Shown one piece after another: positions 1-11,516 of a DNA stretch of 64,000 nt. The stretch is from Candidatus Multivoradales bacterium (GTDB lineage Bacteria; Acidobacteriota; Thermoanaerobaculia; Multivoradales; JAHEKO01). How positions within the stretch are numbered: position 1 is the first letter of the stretch; every line of letters starts with the position of its first letter. Under the pieces are notes generated by a model. The model ran no database searches and was not told where the DNA came from. It saw only the letters and a program-made list of their open reading frames with translations. The position numbers and the translations under genes were made by a program. The DNA lies in contig CBDFIJ010000004.1 of the NCBI GenBank assembly GCA_965248055.1, positions 1 through 64,000 of the forward strand, read 5' to 3'.

Positions 1-1366
1 TCCTCCCCCCCCCCCCTTCCCAAAGGAAAAAAAAAATGGTTAACTAGATGAATAGGCATCAATTTCTTTGTAGGCATATTCATGCTAAGTATATATTCAG
101 TAACAAACTCACATTTTCCATAAAATGCCTAAGATTATAGTGAAAAGTTATAATGCAAATTTATTGTATATTTAAAGAAAATTAATTCGGAAATAGATTG
201 AATGAATAGTGCATTGTGCAAGTATTATGCTACATAATTATCATAGAATAAATTGTGTTGTACTTTGAAATACTTTAAGTTTATGATATTAGTTAAACAT
301 TTCCCCCTGAACCAATTGTTTGATTTAAATGTTTTATTTGACAGTATATCTGTCAGCACCATGTTTATTAATAGTGCAATCTACAAATTTACTTTACAAT
401 GCAAATCTTACAATTTGCAGTACCTTTTGAAGTACAAATAACCCAAGACTGTAGACTTAATTACCCAATATTTGATATTGGAATGCTCAGAAATTATTTC
501 ATGTAGTAGCTCCATGGTAGTTGTATGCATGCACATGTACTCATGCATGCAACAAGTGATGGTTATAACATTGGACCCCATGCACGGAAACATTCCTTTG
601 GTACGCGCATGGGTGATTTGCCACTACAGTGGCTAATGTGCATAGATCTCAGCAACGTGGGCGCATGCATGCATGTGGTGCTCAATCTCATTACTCCAGC
701 TGGCCGATGAGGGGTTGCCGTGGGAGACGGGATGAGTCATCTCTCTCCATATGTTGGATGAGGATGCTGATGCTGATGTATTCCCCTTCACCTGCTTCAG
801 ATGCTAGCAGCTGCTGGTTGAATTCACAGTACATGTACATGACATGACACATGTGTTCACAAATTGTGAATATGTAGGCCTACTTAACCCATTGAGTACT
901 AGACCACATCAAAATGTGGTCTGGTGCAATAACTCTTGATTAGGTTTTCTAAAAAATTCTGAATTATACGGGTACCAAAAGAAAGAGAAAAATATACTGC
1001 AAAAAATGAGCCCTCATTTGTCACAGTTAAATGTTGCGATGGCTCATAGGAATTGTTTTAGGCGAAATAATCTGTGAATCCTCAAATTGGCAACATATAC
1101 AATGATTGAAGATCACTATTTTAGGTGCAAATTGGCAACTTTTTCGATTGGAAAGGATTGCCAAATGTTCATATTTATTTTGTCTACACAAAACATCAAG
1201 TTTTACTGATTTGAAATGAAAATAAAGAAATTTGTGTTGCCAATTTGATGATACAATAGAGGTTGATTTCCTCTTGGGAATAAATATTTGGGGTCTTCGT
1301 TCTGAATGGGTTAAAAAATACATACTGTTCAATGAAGTTTTAATACACATTCTGTATTTTAGATTT

Positions 1367-1404
<38 letters not shown>

Positions 1405-1768
1405 TCAAGATTTGTACACACCATGTAGGTGGATATGTGTACCTTTATTTGCCTCTGAAAGTAAAGAAAAAAAAAATCTGAGGCCTTTATTTTTTTTTAT
1501 GATGTCTGACTGCATAGAACCAAGAATTCAGAACCATGAAAACCCAATTGGGGGAACACTCCACCTCCCCATAAAAAAAGAAAGAAAAATATGAAGAAAA
1601 CTCAAGACTGCATTTCAGTCAAAATTAATTATTTATGTGGCTGTCTTGTGATGTGACTAATAGAGTTTACACTGTACTTTATACAATGTTACACTTTCTA
1701 GATTATAAATGTTTTAAAAATAAAATGATTTATCATGAGCCAGGGGGGTGGGGGTACTCACCCTGGAA

Positions 1769-2141
1769 CAGTGTTTCCACAACTCAAAATATAAATTTCC
1801 TGAAATGAACTGAAATTTCCTGGAATTTATCGCAATTCCCTGAAATTGAAAAGTTCACAATTTGCATATCATAAATGTCCTGGTAAGACAATTCATTTTT
1901 GTTCACAGCTTAGGAGTAGGGCCTTCGACTAAACAAAGACAAAATAGGTTTATGCAAGCGAGCGAGCTAAAAAAATTCATGCTTTTTCAAAGCACAAAAG
2001 TCATACTACATGTACATATTTATTCTCCATATTCTTGAATTTCCTGGAATTTCCTGGAATTATTTCATTTCCCGAAAATTACCTGGAAACAATCATGATT
2101 TCCATGGAATTCAGGAAATTTCCTTCAAAGTGGAAACACTG
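1769..2141. mobile_element. hAT-type MITE (non-autonomous DNA transposon)
   Basis: Perfect 12-bp TIR CAGTGTTTCCAC / GTGGAAACACTG; 8-bp TSD CCCTGGAA at 1761-1768 and 2142-2149; internal subterminal repeats (A)ATTTCCTG(G)AA. Confidence 0.85.
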
Positions 2142-3175
2142 CCCTGGAATCAGGTAGGGGTGTGCCGCTGGAGATTTTGAAATAGGACCCATCACTATAC
2201 CACTTTATATCCTGTTTTCGGCTATTCAAATTACAAAAAATATCTCTGAAATTTGACAGAAATATGTGTTTTGCAACCCATCAATGACTAAAAAACAACA
2301 ACAACAAAAAAAAAAACCTCCAAGATTTGCAATGAGAAATCCTGCAGAAGTTAAAAAACAGAAGTCATCCATAGTCTAAGAATGAAACTCAAAGTGACTT
2401 GTTACAAGGCTAATGCCTTCTTTCCCAAACTGTGTGCATACAGATTACAGGAAGTGCCTTGATTATAATTCATTGGCACTTGTTCAGTAATAAATGGTAA
2501 CAATAATGAAGCAGCTCCTTGCAATAATGAAGCATTATGTTCACACTGACCTTTATGTAACACCTTGGAATTAACCTCTAGGTGAAAACTATACTTGGGC
2601 TTTAATAGGCCTATATTTTTGTATCACTCTACATACATGCAATCAATTGGGCCTGTATTATAAGGTAGTATCATCGATTTGCTTAAGCCACATTATAGTT
2701 TTATTTATTACATAGTAAAATTTTCTAATGGTTTTTGTTCATAGAGTTTTATGAATTCTAAAATAAGCCTTGTGAAGTGAATGGAGTTATTTTGAAATTA
2801 AGTATCAATATTTCGAGAAATTTGAAGAAAAAAAAATAAGGGGGCCCCCAAGAATTTAAATACCAAATGTTTATGTACATAGCTCCCTCTAGTGATTGTT
2901 CATTGCTGACTCTTTATCTGCCTTATAAAGTGATTCTAAGGGGGTTTGCAGGTTGTTTTTCTGATGTCTAGAATAAGAATTGAGTCTGCACTTTTCAGGA
3001 GATTGAGAAAATTCATTCACCAATATTATTCTACCAATACTATTACATGTACATGGCTTTGAATTATGCCTACTGATATCAATCGTCAATAAAATGTTTG
3101 TGATATTATGAAGGTGTTTTGATTTTGATTTACAAACACAGAACACAGAATAAGACTTGTAAGTGTCTCATCTAA

Positions 3176-3637
3176 GGGCCCGTTCATATATATGTTCTCG
3201 GTACACGACCCCGGCAAAATGTTCTCGAAACAAGTTCTCCGTACACGAGCATTCAGATTGCGAGCACTGTGAAATGTTCTCGGTACCCCTTCGTTCAGAT
3301 TTAAAATCGACACACATCTCGGTCTGCGCAGTATGACTTATTGTGTATACACTGCGCAACGTGTGAGGTCATTTTAACGTGCACTCTCCGTGCTGATAGC
3401 GGTCTGCGTGCTAAGCCCCGCCCAGTTAGAACATGTTCTCGGTTTCACATCGTTCAGACTTCATTTCGGAGGCGTACTAATGGGGCGATTTGTTCCGAGA
3501 ACACGGGTCGACCGTGTTCCAGCTGGAACTGTTCTAGCAGGAACACGACTCTTTAGAACCCGTTCAGACTACAAGAAATGGTGTGTTCCGAGAACATGTT
3601 CCAGCTAGAAGCGTACCGAGAACATATGTGAATGCCC
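3176..3637. mobile_element. PIF/Harbinger-like MITE
   Basis: Imperfect TIR GGGCCCGTTCATATATATGTTCTCGGTAC ... GTACCGAGAACATATGTGAATGCCC; left flank TAA; internal repeats CGTTCAGA and TGTTCTCG. Confidence 0.6.
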
Positions 3638-3964
3638 AGAGAGTCTCCCCCCCCCCCCCCCCATGCCCATTCAGACTTGATAAAAGTACAGTCATAGGGC
3701 AGTAATTAGCGACTTCCGTCGTATGAGGAACACCACTGGTCATCATTTCATTTGTCCACTCTTTTCTTTGTGTGTGTTTCTAGGACAAAGATATACATAC
3801 GTGTATAAATCACTGATTCAAATTATACTGTTGTGTCATTGTTTCACAATCATTTGTGACTCGCTAAGCCAGAAATAAAATAGCCTACCTAAAAAATGTA
3901 CACAATGGTCATTCATGTCCTTGTGTGCAGGTGGGGAGATGTTATGGAATATTGATCTTATTTA

Positions 3965-4690
3965 GGGTGCGTTGATAGCAACATTTTCTGGCTAGAAACA
4001 TGGTTTTGAAACCGTGTTTTGTGGTTTACAAAATCTTATAAACGGTAGTCATAAATTTACTGTTTTGAAACACGGTTTTGAAACGCACAAAAAGGTGCGA
4101 TTCAATACCGTGTTTCTCTTAGACTAGAAACACAGTTTTGAAAATCTTATAAATGCAACAGCAATCTCAAACACGGTTTAAATGACATCACAGTTGCGTT
4201 GCATAAAATATATATACTTCCGGGTCGACCGAAAACGGCGCACCGCACGCACTGAAAGGTAAACATTTCAATTGTATGACATGGACACATACATGTTTTG
4301 TAGAGAACGCGATATTAATCCGGTCAGCATTTAGTTAGTTTAGATATTGATGAAAATGAGTTGCTGCACTGCCAAAGGCAGCAATTGGAGCGACCCAGAA
4401 CTCAGGACTTTGCTGACAATGTGGGCTCAGCCTGAAGTCCAAGCGGAAATTAACGGAATGACACGGAAAAAACCTGTGTTTCGAGAGTGATCGAGATCGA
4501 AAAGCGTGCGCCCTGTTTGACCTTTTGCCAAGGGACAAGCTGCGCAGAATGAGATGCACAATGGCACAGTCCGAGAGAGCCAGAAATACGCTCGGGAGAA
4601 AACTCTATAAATGCTCTTCTGTAAAACTGTGTTTCAAATCCGTGTTTCAAAACCGTGGTTCTCAGTACGCAAAATCTTATAATCGCAGCC
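3965..4690. mobile_element. PIF/Harbinger non-autonomous element
   Basis: TTA on both sides (3962-3964, 4691-4693); imperfect TIR GGGTGCGTTGATA ... TATAATCGCAGCC; subterminal GGTTTTGAAA / TTTCAAAACC repeats; internal Myb/SANT-like fragment. Confidence 0.7.
4356..4490 (+). pseudogene. Myb/SANT-like DNA-binding domain fragment (Harbinger ORF2 type)
   Basis: My translation: MSCCTAKGSNWSDPELRTLLTMWAQPEVQAEINGMTRKKPVFRE*, matching the W-S/T-x-x-E...L...W...I/V-Q pattern of Myb/SANT-like domains. Confidence 0.65.
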
Positions 4691-5620
4691 TTAGATAGAT
4701 TGTTTATCATCGATGATAACCTAGCATGGATGATGAAAATTTAATCTTGTAATAGTTGAAGTGTAAATTTCGAACCGAGCTTGAAAAACTCCAAAGAAAA
4801 CAGAAAGATTATTGTACTATTCATATGTTAACTTAAAGCCACAAGATAGTTTTAGTGAATTCAACAATTTTTTTCTTGATCTTCAGAAAGTGCAGGAAAT
4901 TATCAGAAAACATCATCAGACCTTCCTGCAATTGTTTTGAATGACATATTGTAATGCAATATTGCCCAATGGAAAATTATCATTATTTACATAACCAGTA
5001 TGGCAAAGTGTTCGGGGGGACTCCGAACATTTTTATGTTTGGGTTATTTACTGAAAATGGAAGCATTTCGGAGCGAACTGTTATTAACAGGGTATTAATA
5101 CATGTAGTTCATACAACTCTATAAAATTCTGCATTAACAAAAACAAAAAAATATTAATTTTCATTTTCACCATGAAGAACAAAAAACGAATGTGCATTCG
5201 GATACTGTCCAATTGAACACAAAACAGACAGACCATCCGACCACTCTTCATACAGTTACATTTACATGCAATATTCCGAAAGAGGCATCTTGCTGGTGTT
5301 GCTGCATAGCCATGCTTCAATCGTTTACCTTTCTAAATAAACAATAGCCTATTATTAAATATATTATCACAATATCTATTTCATACCACGTGCTTTTAAA
5401 TCACTACTTATTTCAAACCAGTTTTGAATCCTCTCATGTATGTTAGGCTATTAATAAAGATTTTTTGACAGCAATCCATCTCTGACTTTCTGATGCCGTG
5501 GTCCCCTATAATGCTTTAAAAAAGTGGTTCCATTCAAATATTAGGTAGGCTATGGGTCTCCTGAATAGTAAAGCACAAAAATGATTTCGCTTACATATGC
5601 TTGAATCGCAGGTCCTCGAG

Positions 5621-6307
5621 GCGGACCGGACGGCAACAAAGAACTGATCGCTGTTGAAGACGGTTACCGGGAGAGTGAGGCGTCATGGCTGGAGCTGTTG
5701 CGAGGCCTGGAAGCAAGAGGCCTTACATTCGAGCCTAAGATCGCAATCGGTGACGGCAATCTGGGTTTCTGGAAGGCTCTGGCTCAGGTGTGGGGAAATA
5801 CCAAGACCCAGCGCTGCTGGGTCCACAAGACGGCCAACGTCTTGAATAAGCTCCCCAAGGCGATCCAGCCCAAGGCCAAGCAGGCAATCCACCAAATCTG
5901 GATGGCGCAGACACGTCACGATGCCGAGAGGGCTTTTGATGCATTCCAGGCAATCTACCAAGCTAAATATCCGAAAGCAGTCCAGTGCTTGGTCAAAGAT
6001 CGCGTCCAGCTACTCGCTTTCTACGATTTCCCGGCTGAGCACTGGGTGCATTTGAGGACCACCAACCCAATCGAATCAACTTTTGCTACCGTACGCTTGA
6101 GAACCTCCAAAACCCGGGGCTGTCTGTCGCGAGAAACCATGCTCTCGATGGTCTTCAAGCTGTGCCAAAGCGCAGAAAAACGATGGCGGAGGCTACAGGG
6201 CTACAGGCGCATTGCCGAAGTCGTTGAAGGTCTCCAGTTCGTGGACGGAGAAAAACAAAAACAGATCGCCGCCTGATGGCTCAATACACAACTTTTGACA
6301 ATAACTC
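5621..6307 (+). mobile_element. IS256-family element, 5'-truncated copy (transposase C-terminal part ends at 6276)
   Basis: Matches the 3' half of the full copy at 62217-63585; QRCWVHK and LRTTNPIES motifs; right IR TACACAACTTTTGACAATAACTC ends at 6307. Confidence 0.95.
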
Positions 6308-7196
6308 AAATCCGTTCTACAGGGGCCTCATGCGCATCAAGACAACCGGAGAAATCTTTGACGGCATTCACGAGCCGTTAATCTCCACCGCACTATTTGA
6401 CCGTGTCCGAGAGGTAGCTTCTGGAAGGCTTCAGACGAGAGCCATTCAGCACAGGCACATGTTTCGTAGGTTATTTTCCTGCGTTCACTGCGGCAAGACG
6501 CTCATCGGTGAACTCCAGAAGGGGCACGTCTACTATCGATGCCATTCAAAGAGTTGCCCAACCAAGACCATCCGCGAAGAAGCAATCGATGAAACGATCG
6601 GGAGAGAGCTGTTTCGACTTGCGATTCCTCAAGATCACCAAGAGAAACTGTTCAGGACTCTCGATCTCTGCTTGAGGAATTCAACCGGAATCGAAGAACA
6701 CAGACTTGCCGTGCTCAGCGCCGAGCGAGAGCGAATCTCCGTTCGCATTGACCGACTTATGGAGACCTATCTCGATGGCTCCATCGACAAGGCCACATTT
6801 ACGGATCAGCACGGGCGTCTACTCAAGAAGCGCAAGACAGTGGAGGAAGGGCTAAACGGCGCCGATGGACGCATCGAACGAGATCTTGAAGAAACTCGCC
6901 GATACCTCGAACTCGCATTTGGGGCTTCGTTGACCTACGGCGTGGCTTCCAATGCGAAAAAACGTGAGTTCACCGAACTCTACACCTCGAACCGAACCGT
7001 CAATCGACGAAACGTGACCGTTGAGCTGCGTGAACCCTTCTCGACGCTAGTCTGCGCCGAGGGTTTCTCGGAATGTGAACAAACTCGGGAAGTACCTCGA
7101 ACTCGGATCGACGGTATTTCGGATTCAGTCATCAGAAGCACTCCAAAGTGGTGTGCACACATTATCGATGCCTTTCTCCGCTTTGCCAAGGGATAG
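6308..7196 (+). pseudogene. Large serine recombinase, C-terminal part (recombinase domain end, Zn ribbon, coiled coil), disrupted by IS256
   Basis: NPFYRG, HEPLIS..LFDRV, CVHCG...YYRC..C Zn ribbon, coiled coil; catalytic N-terminus absent. Confidence 0.85.
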
Positions 7197-7213
7197 GTGT
7201 TCCAGCCATTGTT

Positions 7214-10200
7214 TCACGGACTACAGAGCACCTCGAACGCAGCATTGAAGGTTTCATGCAGATACACGCTCGTACTAGCAAGAAGCTCAAGTTGGGGCTG
7301 GCTCACTTTACTCTTTGATAGCCCAGGTTGGGCGATCATGATTTTCAGTGATGGCTTCAAGAGTCTCGCCGAGTCTTCGAGTTCGTACAACTTTTGCGCA
7401 TGACCAATCTCGAACCCACTACGTCCTACACGCGCGTACCGTCGTTTCTCTCGCCTGATTAGATTCCGGAAAAATGAAGGCACACTTCGTCTGGCACGTA
7501 CTGACTTCTGCGCCTGGCCGCAAACGTCGTACAAGTCATCTATGCGCGCACCAGGAAAATCTCTGCTTGAATACTTGCAGTGCACTAGGCAGATCTTTAG
7601 CTCTCGTCCATCAACACGGATTGCTACGATGTCTGCTATCTCACCGGGACCATCGTCATCTACTACCACATCCCACGCAGCAATCGATCGGATGTGCTCA
7701 ATCGTCCGTCTTTGAATCGAGTCGGGTTTCTTGTCGGCACCCTGTGATTCCACCTGCAAATTAACCCCGGTCCAGTCAACCACAGTGAGTTCTTCAGGAT
7801 CGTAAGGGGGCAACTCTCGATTCGGCTTTAGCAACAAACCTGGCGGCACAACAACCGCGTCTTGCTCGAACAGGAGTGTCAACCCGCGATCCTGAAGAAA
7901 CTCGCTGAGTGGTGTGTTGCTGTCGGCCCTTTGGACAAGTACATCTGTTCCTGTTGGGATGTAACTGATTCTGTCACCAGGAAATGTCACGACGTACGGG
8001 GCACGCCATTGAGGTGTAACAACGTCAAAAGAAATTGGATCAGAGACCGAGAAGGAGGTCAGCTCAAGATCGGCGTCGATTAGGGGCCAGGTCGAGTTTT
8101 CATAATGAAGCTCCAACGACTCTGTGGGTCGGAGATGAATATTCCATGGCCACTCAATTCCCAGTGGCACCAGATTTGGCCGAGATTCAACCACTTCGGG
8201 TCGTATGAAATGCTCGAACACCGAGTCAATATCGATACTGTCATCAACTAGTTTTTGACCCGCCGCCCTACACCAATCTACCCACTCGCTGAGGTTTCCT
8301 GCGACCCGGTAACTCCAGATTCGGCCCTTGAGTGAAGCACCGAAACTGACCTTTATTCCGTTCTCGAAACCATAGGCGAAGATGTTGGTCTTCGTCTTGG
8401 TCTGGGCTTCTGCGACCGGAAAGCCCTCTGTCACATCAGCGCCCACGTGCATAGAAAATCGACGACTAGCGTTTCGAACATCCAAGACTCCAACATTGGT
8501 TGGAACCAATCGCTTCACTTCCGCCAACAACCGGTAGACTTTTTCACCGGTAATGCGGGTCGCACTCTCTCCACAGACGGCTTTTGCAAGCTTCTCATGA
8601 AGGCTCTTGGTGGTAGAGCTGTTTATGTACAGAATCTGTTGTTGATCGTCCCAATATAGGACGTATAGGTCATAAGAGAGTTCTTCCACAGTTCGCAGAT
8701 GGCCCCATCGAACTGGAGTGCGGTTTTCACTGACAAACCAAGCAACAGCCTCTGCTTGGTTGATAATAATCTCTTCAGTCAGCAGTCTCCCGAAGAGCTC
8801 ACGGGCTTTGTTTGGCTTCCAGTTAGTACACTCCGTCCGATAAGCAACTGCGCTCATCTTCGGAAGAAGATTCCTAATTGAGACCGTATCCGAAATCGCT
8901 TGAAAACCTTGCTCAAATTCGCTGAGCTTCTCTTGTTCCTCCACTGCTGACTCGGACAGGTCGCGAATCAGAAGGTTCCAATCTGCATCTTCAGCGTACA
9001 GTCCACTCAGATTCACATCGTAGGAGCCTTCCGGTCGCCCGACTACGACTGTTGCCTCACTCGCCGGACCCTCGGTCGGTCGAGCGAAGCGACCGATAAA
9101 TTGGAGAGTGACGCCTAGGCTCTTGTGCGGGTCGTGGATTGCAGCCACCTTCAAGGCAGGCAGGTCGAAACCCTCTCCGAGCATGTCAACGCAAAGAATT
9201 ATCCGGCTTGTCCGGTCGTCGATCACTCGTAGCGCCTCACGTCGTTCTGCAACGCGTAGGCCGCTATGAAGTACTACCGGATAAAACTCGGGGGCAATTT
9301 CTTCATAGAGGTGAAGAATCTCCCTGACGCGACCAATGCGTTTCGTGCGCGCCATCAGAAGGTGATCAAGTCCATTCCTGACGTCCCGACGGAGGTGCTT
9401 GACAGCTTCGAGCGCAATCGCTCGATCTGGGTCCAAGAAAGCAACTATGGAACGGTAGTTGATGGAAGCGAAGTACCCATCATTCTGTGCTTCGCGGAGG
9501 GGAAAGTTGTACGCGAGTCGCCCACCTAGGTGACGACCATCTTCTCTAAAAGGTGTCGCGGTGAACTGCACTATGGGTTTACCAACAAAGGTGTCGCATG
9601 TCTCTCGCCAGGTGCGCGCGGCGATGTGGTGCGCTTCATCGACGAATAGATGGCTACATTCTTTGAGCAGCGTCATCTTAGTCTCTGGTGTTGATGCGTT
9701 GAGTGCGTTGGGTGTCGTGATGATGACGTTGCATGACTTGGCGAAATGGGTAGCTTTCTCTTGGGAGAGAAAGGCATGCCGAATTTGGCCAACGGCTAAG
9801 TGATGCACTTGCGAGTTGAGGCAGCCTAAGTCTTTCAGGATCCCCCAAGTCTCAAACTTCTTTGCTATCTGTTCCCGAAGGGCGTTTGAAGGAACTAACA
9901 CCAAGAGTAAATCTGGCCGTACCGCTGCGGTCACCGCCAGCATGGTTTCCGTCTTACCCGTGCCAGTCGGCATGACTATCGTGATTGGCTCACTTGAGCC
10001 GGTAGTCCAATCGGCTAGAATCGCATGAACAGCTCCGACCTGAGGACGACGGAGTCCTCCGCGATCTCGATCCTCATTGGATTCAACCAATGAAAAGTTG
10101 TCAACGAGCGACGCAAGTACAGCTTCCCGACTATGAAAGACGGCTTGCTGACCGTCTCGAGCCGGGAACTGCTGCCGGACTGGATTACGGTCGACTGAGA

Positions 10201-10228
10201 GCCCCGCGGGGGCTTGGTTCTTATTCAC
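7214..10228 (-). CDS. SF2 (DEAD/DEAH, ResIII-like) helicase fused to a C-terminal PD-(D/E)XK-like nuclease; candidate anti-phage protein
   Basis: MPTGTGKT, DEAHH, TATPFREDG, DMLGEGFD, QFIGRFAR helicase motifs; C-terminal DDGPGEIADIV...LVHCKYS. Confidence 0.8.
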   Translation of the reverse strand: MNKNQAPAGLSVDRNPVRQQFPARDGQQAVFHSREAVLASLVDNFSLVESNEDRDRGGLRRPQVGAVHAILADWTTGSSEPITIVMPTGTGKTETMLAVTAAVRPDLLLVLVPSNALREQIAKKFETWGILKDLGCLNSQVHHLAVGQIRHAFLSQEKATHFAKSCNVIITTPNALNASTPETKMTLLKECSHLFVDEAHHIAARTWRETCDTFVGKPIVQFTATPFREDGRHLGGRLAYNFPLREAQNDGYFASINYRSIVAFLDPDRAIALEAVKHLRRDVRNGLDHLLMARTKRIGRVREILHLYEEIAPEFYPVVLHSGLRVAERREALRVIDDRTSRIILCVDMLGEGFDLPALKVAAIHDPHKSLGVTLQFIGRFARPTEGPASEATVVVGRPEGSYDVNLSGLYAEDADWNLLIRDLSESAVEEQEKLSEFEQGFQAISDTVSIRNLLPKMSAVAYRTECTNWKPNKARELFGRLLTEEIIINQAEAVAWFVSENRTPVRWGHLRTVEELSYDLYVLYWDDQQQILYINSSTTKSLHEKLAKAVCGESATRITGEKVYRLLAEVKRLVPTNVGVLDVRNASRRFSMHVGADVTEGFPVAEAQTKTKTNIFAYGFENGIKVSFGASLKGRIWSYRVAGNLSEWVDWCRAAGQKLVDDSIDIDSVFEHFIRPEVVESRPNLVPLGIEWPWNIHLRPTESLELHYENSTWPLIDADLELTSFSVSDPISFDVVTPQWRAPYVVTFPGDRISYIPTGTDVLVQRADSNTPLSEFLQDRGLTLLFEQDAVVVPPGLLLKPNRELPPYDPEELTVVDWTGVNLQVESQGADKKPDSIQRRTIEHIRSIAAWDVVVDDDGPGEIADIVAIRVDGRELKICLVHCKYSSRDFPGARIDDLYDVCGQAQKSVRARRSVPSFFRNLIRREKRRYARVGRSGFEIGHAQKLYELEDSARLLKPSLKIMIAQPGLSKSKVSQPQLELLASTSVYLHETFNAAFEVLCSP

Positions 10229-10370
10229 AATTCTATTGAATACTCAGTGTGTCTTATATCTCCTAAACTCGTCAAGTAAACTTTCGAGGTTTGGAAAACC
10301 TTGTAGCACTGAAGGTGAGTAAGGGCTGGGTGGTGGTGTTAGGGTTGAATTACAGTGATGGAATAAAGTC

Positions 10371-11211
10371 ATGGGCCGCCTGCTTAGGTTGATAGCCGAT
10401 TGGGCAGTAGACGATGGGTTTCTCGACTTTCAGAACCGTGTTGTCGCCGAGTTCTACGACGCGTTAGATCGAGGCTTCTCCAAAGGAGAAAACGAGGTGT
10501 CACTTGTGTCTCGCCTTGTTTCAGCGGCTGATGGTGAACGCTATGGTCCTATTCGGCTTCACGCCGCAATGCTCCACGGAACACGTTCGTACGTTGAGTT
10601 CAACTACCGAGACAAACCTGTCACGAAAGAGCTGGGTGACATGATTTTGGTCACACTTGTAACAGCGGGAAGAAAGCGAATTCTTCAAAGGCTCTCAATC
10701 GTTCAAAATAAGAAGAGTAGTGGGAAGTCGTGGCCCATTGATCAAGAGCAGCTATTTTTGCTCAAAAAACTTTCCACCGTTCATGGGTAGCAAGGGTATC
10801 TTTCGTGGGGTGAAGGATTTCGCGTTTCGAAACCGAAGTGGCTGCCTTGGTTCGTTTGGCTTCCTGTCGCCGCCGGGCGAGATGTTGTTCGTGGCAGTGC
10901 CCCTCGTATCTGAGATGCAGAAGGGTAGGAAGTCTCTGGCGCTAGCAAATATCTCGCATCCTACGAAGAATCACGGCCACAGTAGCTCAAGCAGCCTGTG
11001 GAGAACTACCGAGCCGTCTCTTCTTGGACTGCACCCGAAAGACTGGCACTGTTTTCTGCGAGAGTTCGACACAAGTGGGTTGACGGCTCCATTCTCTTTC
11101 GGCTCTCTATTTGGTTTCTTGGGTAATGTCCGTTTTGCCAGAGATCTTTACGACTTGACTCGGGCTTACACCCAACTAGGCATTGGAGAACTCACTCGTG
11201 TTGGGGATTAA
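10371..11211 (+). pseudogene. Frameshifted hypothetical gene, possible PD-(D/E)XK-fold nuclease
   Basis: Two overlapping ORFs join (LFLLK-NFPPF) if one A is removed from A6 at 10764-10769; ELGD...IVQNKK motif. Confidence 0.55.
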
Positions 11212-11516
11212 GTGATCAATTTCAGCGCTGATTCTTTTGCAAGCCTGGTAGTACAATCAGCTGGCTTCAGCGACCCACGAGGTAGGGGACAGCTTATTTT
11301 CTGAACGGACGGTTTCTGGCCAAATGGGAGTTTTCGTTGCCCATGTGGATATTGAAGGTCGAGAAAGCCAAATAGGGACACATTGAACCTGGCTAGGAAC
11401 TCTAGCTGTTCGGGCTAGACTATGACAAACAGCCCCACCGAATAAGCTCTAAGACGGTATAGTGATGAAGCTGTTTCAAGACTGCTCTTGCGATCTAGGA
11501 GACGAAGAGAGGTAAC

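Noticed and set aside
6276-6307. ORF-track start for the 306-aa recombinase ORF (MAQYTTFDNNS)
   Set aside because: These codons come from the IS256 right end; the native N-terminus is missing
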